A stretch of DNA of 13,267 nt from Tolypothrix carrinoi HA7290-LM1 (GCA_019358935.1 JAHHIK010000161.1:1-13267); one strand, 5' to 3'. Shown: positions 1 to 9,106, counted from the stretch's first letter. The notes: a model not told the origin generated them from the sequence alone. A program made the numbers and translations.

Positions 1-29
1 TTGGTAGAATTTAGGTAATATTATCATTT

Positions 30-67
30 GATAGGTCTTGTTGAGAATACCTGACCTATCTTTTTTT
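30..67 (+). terminator. Rho-independent terminator-like hairpin
   Basis: GATAGGTC (30-37) and GACCTATC (53-60) form a perfect 8-bp stem followed directly by T7 (61-67). It probably ends a plus-strand transcript from left of the window. Confidence 0.65.
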
Positions 68-115
68 ACCTTAAAACGGTCACACTGTCTTATTTCCGTT
101 GCTTCAGCCTCTTTG

Positions 116-499
116 TCACCCCTTCAGATCAACATCTTTCTTAATACTACTTATTTTATGACTTAAAAAATTAAAGTTACTGTTTTGAGTCTCGACATAA
201 TTTTGTATTTCCTTCGCTTTATCGATAATTTATTTCTGTATTAATTGAACATTCTCAAGCGATCTATATTGCTCCCATACAAAATATACAAGTTTTTCCA
301 TATTATCAATATTATTTCTATTTATTATTTCCAACCATTTTTTATCTTTGCTTTTTAACTGTTCAAATAAACGATTTTTTTCTGTTTCATTGAGCCTTCC
401 AATTTGCTGTAGATTTTGTTTAATGCTGTTAAATAACTGAATTATGAGTTGAGCTTTAGCTACGGGGAAATCATTTAAGTCATTGAAATCTTTAATCAT
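116..499 (-). pseudogene. RdcB/YjcZ-like dynamin partner, N-terminal fragment, apparently interrupted (89-aa ORF at 230..499)
   Basis: Lies directly downstream of a CrfC/RdcA-like dynamin, the position rdcB occupies. FPVAKAQLIIQLFNSI...LFEQLKSKDKKWLEIINRN...EKLVYFVWE resembles, from memory, the helical N-terminus of RdcB/YjcZ-like proteins. After TAA at 230-232 the frame stays open 37 more codons (IIDKAKEIQNYVETQ...DLKG) to TGA at 116-118. Confidence 0.45.
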
Positions 500-672
500 G
501 TTTTTTCTTATTCTTCAGATGGTTCAATTAAAAATGGTTCTGTATACTTTTTAAGTAGTTGAATTTGTGCTTTCATAGGTTCAATTTTTTGAATCAACCC
601 TAGTGATTCTAATCTTTCCAGATTACTTTTTACTGATTGATTGTTTTTATTTTTTTCGGAACTTTCTAAAGT

Positions 673-2949
673 CTAAATAAATTCTTCTATTCTAGATTGT
701 AGAATACTAAAAAATTTATCAAAATTGTTGTTGTTATTTTGAATAACTTCTTCTTTTACTTTCGGTGGATATTCTTTTAGCGCTTCAATTAAAAATTGGT
801 ATAATAGAATGAAGTATTCTTTCATTGGTATTGTATAAGGTCTAATATCGCGGCCCAAAAGTCTCTTACAAAAATTTAAAAATTTTCCTAAAATACTATA
901 CTCAGTCTCAGAAATATTCACAGAATCAATTCTTTTCTCTTTATCTTTCAACTCAGACAAATATTGTTCTAATTCCGGCGGATTATCAGAGAAATTTATC
1001 AGAAATTCATTATTAATACGAGCAGTTACTTCTTTTAAAAATGGTTTACTATTATCAGAAAATAAACATTTAAAATGTTCATTTTTGGCTTTGATATTTT
1101 TATTTAAAATTTCATCTATTTTTTGAATTAATTCCCTAAGCATAGAGATTGTTATTTCAATAATCTCTTTTTGTTTTTCCTTTGCCTCTTTCTCAGTGCT
1201 ATACTTAAAAGATAAAATACCTTTCTTATATATTTTACCTAATAGACATTTATAAACTAACTCTGGTTCACTATATGTTATGTCTAAAATTTCATGAAAA
1301 TTATTTATTAAATTATTGTATTGCTCGTATTCTTCTTTAGGTAAATTTTCGACGTATTCTTGAGGTGAAACATTGAGATATGAAGATGTATTATTTTGAA
1401 GATGATTGATTTTGTTTTCTAAATCTTTAACGCCTTCATCTATTACTGTAAATTCTTTTTCAATCTCTTCTTTTATAAAAGATAAAAAATCATCCTTTAT
1501 CTTTTTTAACTTGGTTTTATCTCTTTGTAAATTTTTAATTTCTTTTTCAACCTCATTAAAATTCTTATTCATGCTAGACATTCTTAATTTTATTTTTTCT
1601 GTAAAATCTCTCAGAGAATTATAGCTATAGTTAAGTGCAGACATCATAGAACGAGGTGCAACTTGCCCTATCAGTAAATTGATCGCATTTTCTAAAAATA
1701 GAGAAAACCGAGATTCGTCCCACATCTCGTTAACTTTTTTTTCTAATTCAGAGAGAGTAGTATTTTCAAAATCTTCAGGACTATTCTTTCTTAAATATAT
1801 GCGTAGAAATTTTTTAGCTATTTTCTCGAACTGAGGATTTTCTTTATTCTTTGGTGCTTGCCAGAATTCAGTAGCAGTCTCTCCGTATAAACCAGATACT
1901 GCAAAAACACGATTTTCTTCTTTTGGGTTATCTATCTTGTATTTTGCAGCTACACTCTCTTGTAAATCCGGAAAATTCATCACTTCAGTACCATTAATAT
2001 TCATGTCCCATTTATTAACTACGATATATAAATTATCTTGACCTCGTAAATTAATAAAACTGTTTACTTCATCTCTAATCTGATTTGCTATTTTGTTATC
2101 TTGTTTAGTAAAATCAATGACAAGTAATACAATTGAACTTTTCTCTACTTCATGTTTTACAACAGCCTCAAAGTTATGTTTTCCTTCCTCATCTATACCT
2201 GGCGTATCTACAATTACTAAATTACCTAACTGAGACTTTTGTTCTTTTTGTAAATTCAACAATGGTGTAGAAATACAAGGAATATCAATTATGTCGTCTT
2301 TTCGATGTGTGCAATGTGTGCAAATTTTATTATAAAGACGAATTAAATCATTCAAATCAGTAAGGATATTTAATATTTTTTCCTGTCCCTCGATTTTAAT
2401 TTCCTCTTTTGCATTAATAATCTCAGATAAGTTTTCGTGGTTTTGTAAAAAATTAATTTTTTCGGCGAACTTTTTTAAAATTAAATCTTTATTTATTTCC
2501 GCTTGAACTTGCTCATTATTATCTTCGATTTCTGTTTTTATTTTATTGAAACAATATCGGAAATACTCTATTGTTGAAGATTTTAGTGATAGAGTTGGCG
2601 GTAATTGTTCCGTTGTAAAAACAACTTTAGTGGGCAATGCTGTCATTGCCTCAACTCTGACTGGCAAAAGTTTCTGTCTTATGATTGTATTAATTATTGT
2701 AGTTTTACCTGATTTTAATGGTGCTAAGATTGCCATTCTCAACTCTTGATTGTCAACATCATCCTGTAAGCTTTTAAAAATACTTTGATAATATTTAGCT
2801 TTCTCACTTGTTTCATCTTTCTCACCCTTTTCATTCACGAAATCCATTACTTTACTTATTTCAAGCATCAGTTTCTTCAGATGTTCCAATAAGTTAGTGA
2901 CATCTTCTTTGATATCTACTACATCCAAACTAAGGTTTTGATAGTTCAT
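673..2949 (-). CDS. Dynamin-like GTPase, CrfC/YjdA(RdcA)-like; probably truncated at the C-terminus by a premature TAG
   Basis: G1 APLKSGKTT, G2 LPVRVEAMTALPT (CrfC-like MTALPT), G3 DTPG, G4 VVNKWD, then a long coiled-coil C-terminal half. RBS-like AAAGGA lies upstream. The frame continues 54 codons beyond the TAG to TAA at 508-510. Confidence 0.85.
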   Translation of the reverse strand: MNYQNLSLDVVDIKEDVTNLLEHLKKLMLEISKVMDFVNEKGEKDETSEKAKYYQSIFKSLQDDVDNQELRMAILAPLKSGKTTIINTIIRQKLLPVRVEAMTALPTKVVFTTEQLPPTLSLKSSTIEYFRYCFNKIKTEIEDNNEQVQAEINKDLILKKFAEKINFLQNHENLSEIINAKEEIKIEGQEKILNILTDLNDLIRLYNKICTHCTHRKDDIIDIPCISTPLLNLQKEQKSQLGNLVIVDTPGIDEEGKHNFEAVVKHEVEKSSIVLLVIDFTKQDNKIANQIRDEVNSFINLRGQDNLYIVVNKWDMNINGTEVMNFPDLQESVAAKYKIDNPKEENRVFAVSGLYGETATEFWQAPKNKENPQFEKIAKKFLRIYLRKNSPEDFENTTLSELEKKVNEMWDESRFSLFLENAINLLIGQVAPRSMMSALNYSYNSLRDFTEKIKLRMSSMNKNFNEVEKEIKNLQRDKTKLKKIKDDFLSFIKEEIEKEFTVIDEGVKDLENKINHLQNNTSSYLNVSPQEYVENLPKEEYEQYNNLINNFHEILDITYSEPELVYKCLLGKIYKKGILSFKYSTEKEAKEKQKEIIEITISMLRELIQKIDEILNKNIKAKNEHFKCLFSDNSKPFLKEVTARINNEFLINFSDNPPELEQYLSELKDKEKRIDSVNISETEYSILGKFLNFCKRLLGRDIRPYTIPMKEYFILLYQFLIEALKEYPPKVKEEVIQNNNNNFDKFFSILQSRIEEFI

Positions 2950-2982
2950 AATTTTCCTTTAGTATATACAATGGTAGACATA

Positions 2983-3030
2983 GCCGAGACCCTTATTTTT
3001 CTTAGATATTTTTAGTCTCGGCGTTTTTTT
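2983..3030 (+). terminator. Inverted repeat with T-tract between the DUF1822 and dynamin genes
   Basis: GCCGAGAC (2983-2990) pairs with GTCTCGGC (3015-3022) around a 24-nt loop, followed by T7 (3024-3030) on the plus strand. The loop is long for a terminator. Confidence 0.35.
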
Positions 3031-3071
3031 GTGATTTTTTTGCTGATTCTAAATCAATCGAGTTTAAAAAA

Positions 3072-4193
3072 TTATAACACAAATTCCTCAGTAATTACAG
3101 CACCCTGAAAGCTGACTTCAACCTGAAACTGTTTGCCTACATTTTCACTAAATTCTAACTGAATGATATTATCAACTTTCCTCGCAGTGACTTCCTGACT
3201 TTCTGAGTCATAAGTGTTAGGATTAAGAGTCACTTTCAGCTTCAAAGCAGACGGTAGATATTCCTCATTGCCAGGTGACTCATTGTAAGGAATAACCTGT
3301 ACAAGCACATCGACTTCATTATCTTCCAACCGTTTTACATTGATAACTAAAGCTAATGTTTGACCATTTAACAATAGTCCAAAATCTAACTTTTTCGCCC
3401 CACAATGATAATCAAGTGACTTACTTCTTGCAGAACCCCAAGCATAGTTACTATCAAGCGTCTTCAGAATATCTTTGGTGGATTGCCAACCTTCTTCAAA
3501 AACTCCAAGCCACCAACTGCTCACGTTTACTAGCGCTTTATTAACGATGCTTGTAGTCTGGCTTAGACTTTGTATATCTGTATGATTAACCTCAGCTACT
3601 GATGGTAAAGGAATAGCAGTTGGTGACAATAAACACGAGTATAACAATAAGTTATTTATCTCAGAATCAAACCAAGAAAGCGGTAGCTGATAACAACTAT
3701 CAGATTTAGCTTCCAAATTAATTGATTGGCAATATTTAACCAGTTTATCGTAACGTAAAAAACCGTGAATATTTAATTTTTCTTCCTCTTCTAATACCTC
3801 AAGCAATACATAAAAATGAGCAATCATCTTTGGAGAATTGATGACTTCTTTGGGTACAGAGACAAAATCATCAATTAGGTTATCAACACTAATTAAACAA
3901 AGGTTAAACCCACCTAAAGTTAGATGACAAACAACATCAATCACATTAGCGCTGTCGGATTGAAATATCGAACAGTTATCTCGATTAATTTTGACATCTG
4001 GAATTCTTTCTCTCAGCCATTCTTCAAAACCAAGTAGCGCTAATGCATTTAAATAAATTTTCCACTGGTGTGTTTCGCTTAAGTTTCGGTCGCTAATTTC
4101 TTTAGCTGACTCAAAATGTTCCGGTTCCAGCCAAATAAGTTTTGGTGACAATTCTTGTCTCCAGTATCTTGAATAAATAGAGGTATTAATCAT
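3072..4193 (-). CDS. DUF1822 family protein
   Basis: WKIYLNALALLGFEEWL, HFYVLLEVLEEEEKLNIHGFL, VNVSSWW..FEEGWQS and the C-terminal beta domain (LVQVIP...YLPSALKL...IQLEFS...FQVEVS...ITEEFVL) match the cyanobacterial DUF1822 pattern. The gene sits directly downstream of a sigma-like gene, the usual arrangement. Confidence 0.85.
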   Translation of the reverse strand: MINTSIYSRYWRQELSPKLIWLEPEHFESAKEISDRNLSETHQWKIYLNALALLGFEEWLRERIPDVKINRDNCSIFQSDSANVIDVVCHLTLGGFNLCLISVDNLIDDFVSVPKEVINSPKMIAHFYVLLEVLEEEEKLNIHGFLRYDKLVKYCQSINLEAKSDSCYQLPLSWFDSEINNLLLYSCLLSPTAIPLPSVAEVNHTDIQSLSQTTSIVNKALVNVSSWWLGVFEEGWQSTKDILKTLDSNYAWGSARSKSLDYHCGAKKLDFGLLLNGQTLALVINVKRLEDNEVDVLVQVIPYNESPGNEEYLPSALKLKVTLNPNTYDSESQEVTARKVDNIIQLEFSENVGKQFQVEVSFQGAVITEEFVL

Positions 4194-4257
4194 AATCTTA
4201 GCTCATGGTTATATGGTACGCTGCGATAAAATCAGTATTTTATGGGAAATAATTTGC

Positions 4258-5751
4258 TCATGCTGCATCTTTGATTGAATCATTAAGATAACGGCGTATT
4301 AGTTGAGCAAATAAGCTGTTTTTTTTCTGTTTTTTTCCGCTTTGTATTTCTGCGTGTGCATCTGTGAATGTTTTATTCAAAGCATAATTTCTAATTGAAT
4401 CAGCAACATTTTTTAGATAGTCTGGGTTAGTGGAAATTGTTGTTAATCGATATTTTGTAGGTGATTTGGAAATGTTGTTAATAAATTTTTCTTCTGTGCG
4501 ATACTGAACATTCTCCAGAAAGTTTTCTAATTTAAATATGCGTCTGGCTTGATACCAAGGTATCCCCCACAATTTACCAATCTCCCCTAAAGACTTATCC
4601 TCTTCGTAGTAAAGTTGCAAACCTTCATGGAATTTTTGAGCAAAACTTTTGTAACCTTTACTTTTTCTCAAACCTTCAATTTGTTGGTAAATCACTTCTG
4701 ATATCGCTTCATATAAAACCTCTTCAAATAAGGCATGACAATCCTCTTTTAATTGGTCTAGTTCAATTTCCTCTAGTCCGGTGTCAGTATAAAAACCTAA
4801 CTCTAGATTGGGAACATAGTCATTAATGGAGTTATCATACACTTCTATAGGTATTGTTTTGGGACTACCTGTTCTTTTATAAAGCGTATCCTGACGTAAG
4901 ATTTCTGCGATTCTTTTGAGATGATAAATTAGTTTTTGATGAGAATGAATGATATTTCGTTGCTGCAACAAATCGCGCATTTCTTGCAGTTGGTTTAGCG
5001 TAGGTTCAGAACAACGTCCTTTTTCATGTGAGTTGCGTCTGTCTCGACGATAGACTGCATGAAAGACCTCTACAATTTCGCGGTCTCCTTTTTGAAGATG
5101 CGGTTCCAGAGAACGGGGAATATGTCTACATAATAACGCGCAGTCACTGGGAGTCCTTACCCCCAACTCCCACAGAAATAACCTTAAATTTTGATTTTGT
5201 TGGGTTAATCTCCAAGTCCAATTATCTAAGCTTTCACTAGAACTTAAGGTTGGATTAAATTTTTGCAAAATTTCAACGCTAAAAAACTCTCCTCCTTTAG
5301 CTATTGGTCGAGTTGTGTCATCATGATTCAAGATAAGTTGAGTTTGCTCTTCACTATCCAACAGCACCTGTTCTTTACCATCGTCATTTAAAACGAATGG
5401 AAGCAAATCAATATAGCTAAAAGGGTTCTCAACTTGGGGTTTACAAGTATGAGAAATTTTTTTGCAGCTGATGAGAATTGTCTGAGATACATAGCATCTC
5501 AAACAAAGCCCAGCAAAAGCGCGATCGCGGATATCGTCAGCTGAACGAAACATTTTCCACACAACAGCTTGAACATGTCTGTTTTCTTCTGACGATAGTG
5601 TAGGTTGACTGGCTAACTTGGGAAATTGTACCCTGAAGAACTCCTGTGCTAAGTGGATTGTCTTGAGTTTGTAGCCATCTTTTAGCTTATTATATTCCAC
5701 TCTAGGAGAATCAATTATCCACATTATCCAGTATCTTGACGGTGCTACCAT
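4258..5751 (-). CDS. Conserved cyanobacterial DUF1822-associated protein with a C-terminal sigma-70 region 4-like HTH (putative alternative sigma factor/regulator)
   Basis: Long ORF (track: 4258..5820). Preferred start is ATG 5751 (MVAPSRYW), which has GAGGT upstream. Motifs: SRYW, AGLCLRCYVS, DLLPFVLNDDG, and HTH-like LQLYYEEDKSLGEIGKLWGIPWYQARRIF. Function is inferred from the HTH and gene context. Confidence 0.6.
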   Translation of the reverse strand: MVAPSRYWIMWIIDSPRVEYNKLKDGYKLKTIHLAQEFFRVQFPKLASQPTLSSEENRHVQAVVWKMFRSADDIRDRAFAGLCLRCYVSQTILISCKKISHTCKPQVENPFSYIDLLPFVLNDDGKEQVLLDSEEQTQLILNHDDTTRPIAKGGEFFSVEILQKFNPTLSSSESLDNWTWRLTQQNQNLRLFLWELGVRTPSDCALLCRHIPRSLEPHLQKGDREIVEVFHAVYRRDRRNSHEKGRCSEPTLNQLQEMRDLLQQRNIIHSHQKLIYHLKRIAEILRQDTLYKRTGSPKTIPIEVYDNSINDYVPNLELGFYTDTGLEEIELDQLKEDCHALFEEVLYEAISEVIYQQIEGLRKSKGYKSFAQKFHEGLQLYYEEDKSLGEIGKLWGIPWYQARRIFKLENFLENVQYRTEEKFINNISKSPTKYRLTTISTNPDYLKNVADSIRNYALNKTFTDAHAEIQSGKKQKKNSLFAQLIRRYLNDSIKDAA

Positions 5752-6421
5752 AGGTCTTGAAATTACCTCGCTTTTCATCAGATATGACATCAACAGCAAA
5801 CCTATTTCACCAGTGACCATTTTTTCTCAATGTTCTGGAGAGCTACATATATATATAGATTTTGGTTTTGTGAACTTATGCAGATGATGTTAGCGGTTGT
5901 CTTGCAAAAACTGGTATTAATCTGGTAGAAGTAGCAAAAATGCTAACTGCCTGAAGCCAAAGTCATCGCTTATGTGGCAAAAAAAGATTTCAAAAATAAA
6001 ATTAAAGTTGGCATTCATCGTATTTGTGACCAAAGAAATTTTTATCAAAGTCTTGGTTAGCAAGACTTTCAGCACTTGTACGGCTGTTGGTGACACCCGA
6101 TCTGCTATTGGACGATATTGGGCTAACACAACCCATACAAGTGTATAAGTCGATTGGACTTGAATCTATCTAAAAATAGAAGCAGGAAAAACAAGCAATT
6201 ATCTAGAGCTTTTCCTTCTGCTCAGAAGAATAGCTCAAATTCTAGTTTTTCTGTCAAACTGGCTGATTTTATAATCCAGCAAACAATGCTGTAAGCCAGT
6301 CCTGGAGCCGTATTGCCAATTAGAGGAAATGTCTAATATTTTTCATGCTTGATTACTTAGTCTTCAGACCAATTACTAGCTTAATCACTCCGAGAATTTC
6401 TTAACTAAGAGGTTATTAACT
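5752..6421. promoter_or_regulatory. Divergent intergenic control region (about 670 bp)
   Basis: Separates the head-to-head regulator block and effector cluster, so it should contain promoters for both. RBS AAGAGGT at 6407-6413. No -10/-35 elements could be assigned with confidence. Confidence 0.6.
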
Positions 6422-6829
6422 ATGAATCGTAACTTTATCTATCGCATTGTAGAACTCACTAATGCTAAACGTCGGTCTTCTGGTTTGCCAGAACTGAGAT
6501 TTAACCCTGTGTTAGCAGCAGCAGCACAGAAACATAGTGCAGACATGGCATTGGAGGACTTTTTCAGTCATAAAAGCCCAAATGGAAGCAAACCTTCAGA
6601 TCGTGCCCAAGCTGAAGGTTATCCATCAACCTATGTCGGTGAAAACATTTATGCAGGTGGTTCCACCCCAGAAAATGCTTTTGAAGGATGGATGAACAGT
6701 GAAGGACATCGCAATAACATCCTGAGTCCAAATTATCAAGAAATTGGAGTTGGTTACTACTATCTAGGCAATGATACAGGTAACGTTAATTACAAACATT
6801 ACTGGACACAATGCTTTGGCAAACCCTAA
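6422..6829 (+). CDS. Stand-alone CAP/SCP domain protein (PR-1-like), copy 1
   Basis: ELTNAKR, LAAAAQKHSADMA..DFFSH, GENI, GWMNSEGHRNNIL, EIGVGY, YWTQCFG. RBS present, no signal peptide. Confidence 0.95.
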   Translation: MNRNFIYRIVELTNAKRRSSGLPELRFNPVLAAAAQKHSADMALEDFFSHKSPNGSKPSDRAQAEGYPSTYVGENIYAGGSTPENAFEGWMNSEGHRNNILSPNYQEIGVGYYYLGNDTGNVNYKHYWTQCFGKP

Positions 6830-6917
6830 TCAAAGACGTAATTTAGTTGAATTTAACTAAATCACCGCTTACTGACAAATCATTAAAATCTATTTCTACA
6901 TTTGGGAGGTTGTTACC

Positions 6918-7328
6918 ATGAGCCAAGAATTTATCAATCGTGTTGTAGAACTTACTAACATCGAACGTCAGAAAGCAGGTTTACCACCATTGAGATTCAA
7001 TGGTCGGTTAGCTGTAGCCGCTCAAAAGCACAGTGTAGACATGGCAATGCGGGACTATTTCAATCATACAGGAGAAGATGGTTCATCCCCATTTGACCGC
7101 ATTAAAGCTACAGGCTATCGATACTCCCGTGCAGCAGAAAATATTGCAGCAGGTCGGTCTACCCCAGAAGATACCGTTAAGGGATGGATGAACAGCCCAG
7201 GACATCGCAAAAACATTCTGACTCCAGATTATAAGGAAATAGGGGTTGGTTATTATTTCTTAGCTAAGGATATGGGTGACGTTAATTACAAACACTACTG
7301 GACACAAGTTTTTGGTACACCCTTGTAA
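6918..7328 (+). CDS. Stand-alone CAP/SCP domain protein (PR-1-like), copy 2
   Basis: Same CAP motifs (AAQKHSVDMA, AENIAAG, WMNSPGHRKNIL, YWTQVFG). RBS GGGAGGT at 6904-6910. About 61% identical to copy 1 by hand count (83/135, ungapped). No signal peptide. Confidence 0.95.
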   Translation: MSQEFINRVVELTNIERQKAGLPPLRFNGRLAVAAQKHSVDMAMRDYFNHTGEDGSSPFDRIKATGYRYSRAAENIAAGRSTPEDTVKGWMNSPGHRKNILTPDYKEIGVGYYFLAKDMGDVNYKHYWTQVFGTPL

Positions 7329-7417
7329 ATGATGAGGATGGGTAATATGACCGCACCTAGCACGCTAACAAGTACTCCTTCACTCTTATAAATCTCACTT
7401 GAACAGAAGATTTTGTT

Positions 7418-8410
7418 ATGTCTCAATTTCTTGGTATTGCTTTTCAGCCTTATGTTGGTCGCTGGACTGGAACTCCTCCAAACGCCACGACTCCGTGGTG
7501 GAATTCATACAGCCAGCAGGATATTGTCCGTATGCTTGAGGTCATTGCCTCCAAATTCAACAAAATTTGCACATATGGGATGGGTTATGCAGGCTATCAC
7601 CAGCCCACAACACCTTGGGATCAAGTAGATTCTAACTGTCGTGTTGCTGTTGCTGCTGCTCAGTTGAATCAGCAGAGGGGTCAGGTTGTTATTGAGGTAG
7701 CTCAAGGAATTTATCAGCAACTGCCAAACGCGGCACTACAACAGGCAGAAATTAAAGCTGCTTTTTCTGCGGCTCAAGCAGCGAACGCTGTTTATCCCAA
7801 TACGGTAACTTCTTTTGTATTCACAAATGAATATGTAGTTAACGCAGAGACAACCAATGCTGTCAACGCGATGATTGTAGCTAACAAGCAGAAAGCTAGA
7901 AGCCTGAATATCAAAGTGGGCGTGCGATCGCATACCTTTGGAAATATTGCCAACCCAAACAGCCCGTTTTACAACGAGTTGAAAACCCTCATTCAGAATT
8001 GCGATTTTATCCTTTGCAACCTTTATCCGGCTTTGAATACAGCCACTCCGATTGAAGGTGTAAATGGGGTAGCTCAAGCCTTCAATACTATTAAAACAGC
8101 TGTTGCCGCAATTAAGCCGCAGTGCGAAGTCATGATTGGCGAAACTGGATGGTCTTCCCAAGGAATTAGCTTTAACAACACAGCCAACAATGTACAAAAT
8201 CTTCTTGCCTACTACAAGGCAATTGATAAGTGGGCATTTGAGCAGAAAGTAACAACTTACCTTTTTGAGGCATTTGACGAGCCTTGGAAAAGCAACCAGA
8301 ACGCCCAAGTTCCTCCAGAAAACCCTTGGTCTGGACCAAACGGTGCTGAGGGACACTACGGTCTGTGGTATCTCAACGACCAAGGAAAGTATACGGAGAA
8401 AAGGGCGTAA
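7418..8410 (+). CDS. Glycoside hydrolase family 17 (beta-1,3-glucanase/glucanosyltransferase; PR-2-like)
   Basis: Acid/base motif FTNEY, nucleophile motif VMIGETGWSSQG, DFILCNLYP, YLFEAFDEPWK and EGHYGLW are GH17 hallmarks. No signal peptide or TM segment is visible. Confidence 0.9.
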   Translation: MSQFLGIAFQPYVGRWTGTPPNATTPWWNSYSQQDIVRMLEVIASKFNKICTYGMGYAGYHQPTTPWDQVDSNCRVAVAAAQLNQQRGQVVIEVAQGIYQQLPNAALQQAEIKAAFSAAQAANAVYPNTVTSFVFTNEYVVNAETTNAVNAMIVANKQKARSLNIKVGVRSHTFGNIANPNSPFYNELKTLIQNCDFILCNLYPALNTATPIEGVNGVAQAFNTIKTAVAAIKPQCEVMIGETGWSSQGISFNNTANNVQNLLAYYKAIDKWAFEQKVTTYLFEAFDEPWKSNQNAQVPPENPWSGPNGAEGHYGLWYLNDQGKYTEKRA

Positions 8411-8437
8411 CTTAATTGTGGCTTCTGGTCTTTTTAC

Positions 8438-8650
8438 AACTCAATTATTGAAAGGAGAAAATCATGACAGCTGCTCAAGCATCTAGCCAAACTTATACTG
8501 TCCAACCTGGGGACACGCTATTTTTGATAGCCCAAAAAGTCTACGGGGATGGCAATCGTTGGCGTGAAATTTATGAAGCTAATCGTGGTGTAATAGGAGG
8601 TAACCCAGAGCAGATTCAAGTTGGGATGGTACTTGTTATCCCAGGACTTG
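8438..8650 (+). repeat. Duplicated leader+LysM DNA cassette, copy A (copy B at 9107-9319)
   Basis: Ungapped near-identity at an offset of 669 bp, covering the RBS region and a 65-nt exact match (8521-8585 = 9190-9254). Confidence 0.9.
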
Positions 8651-8982
8651 GTCAGCCGAATCCCAATCCCCCTAACACATTAAATCTAGAAGCTACATTC
8701 TATAGCAGGGAAGAAACACAAGGACATCCGCCTGCAACAGGTGTACATGGAGTTACATTGCAAGAAGCCCTAAGCGGTAGAGGGCGCGTACAGTGTGCTG
8801 TAGACCCAAATGTTATTCCCCTGCTAAAAGAGTTCACCCTGATACTATGGGACGGTAGGCAGGTTCCTGCATCTGCGTTAGATAAGGGTACGGCAATTAT
8901 CGGTAATAGAATTGATCTATTTGTCGATACCATCCAAGAGGCAATTAATTTAGGTAGACAGCCAGTCCAGGCAATTCTTTGA
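8464..8982 (+). CDS. LysM + 3D (Asp-Asp-Asp, MltA-like) domain protein
   Basis: N-terminal LysM ([18 protein letters not shown]...[11 protein letters not shown]), Pro/Asn linker, then 3D motifs [32 protein letters not shown] with all three Asp present. RBS AAAGGAG. Confidence 0.9.
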   Translation: MTAAQASSQTYTVQPGDTLFLIAQKVYGDGNRWREIYEANRGVIGGNPEQIQVGMVLVIPGLGQPNPNPPNTLNLEATFYSREETQGHPPATGVHGVTLQEALSGRGRVQCAVDPNVIPLLKEFTLILWDGRQVPASALDKGTAIIGNRIDLFVDTIQEAINLGRQPVQAIL

Positions 8983-9106
8983 TTGATTGTTAAAGAATTT
9001 CAATTTCTCTAATACTAGGAACCAAGTTAGTGACATGCAGACACTAGCATGGACTCTCAATAATTCTTGAATCAAAGAACCACTGACTATTCGATATATT
9101 CCACAA

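Noticed and set aside
5847..5857. (AT)n run upstream of the regulator gene
   Set aside because: Too short to argue for phase variation in AT-rich intergenic DNA; it may simply be part of a promoter.
5917..6129. 70-aa minus-strand ORF in the divergent intergenic region
   Set aside because: Non-ATG start, no clear RBS and no motif; cannot be supported.
5752..6421. NtcA (GTA-N8-TAC) or CRP (TGTGA-N6-TCACA) sites in the divergent region
   Set aside because: Only half-sites were noticed; no complete box found by eye.
7736..8383. 215-aa minus-strand ORF
   Set aside because: Entirely antisense to the well-supported GH17 gene and has no recognisable motifs; treated as a shadow ORF.
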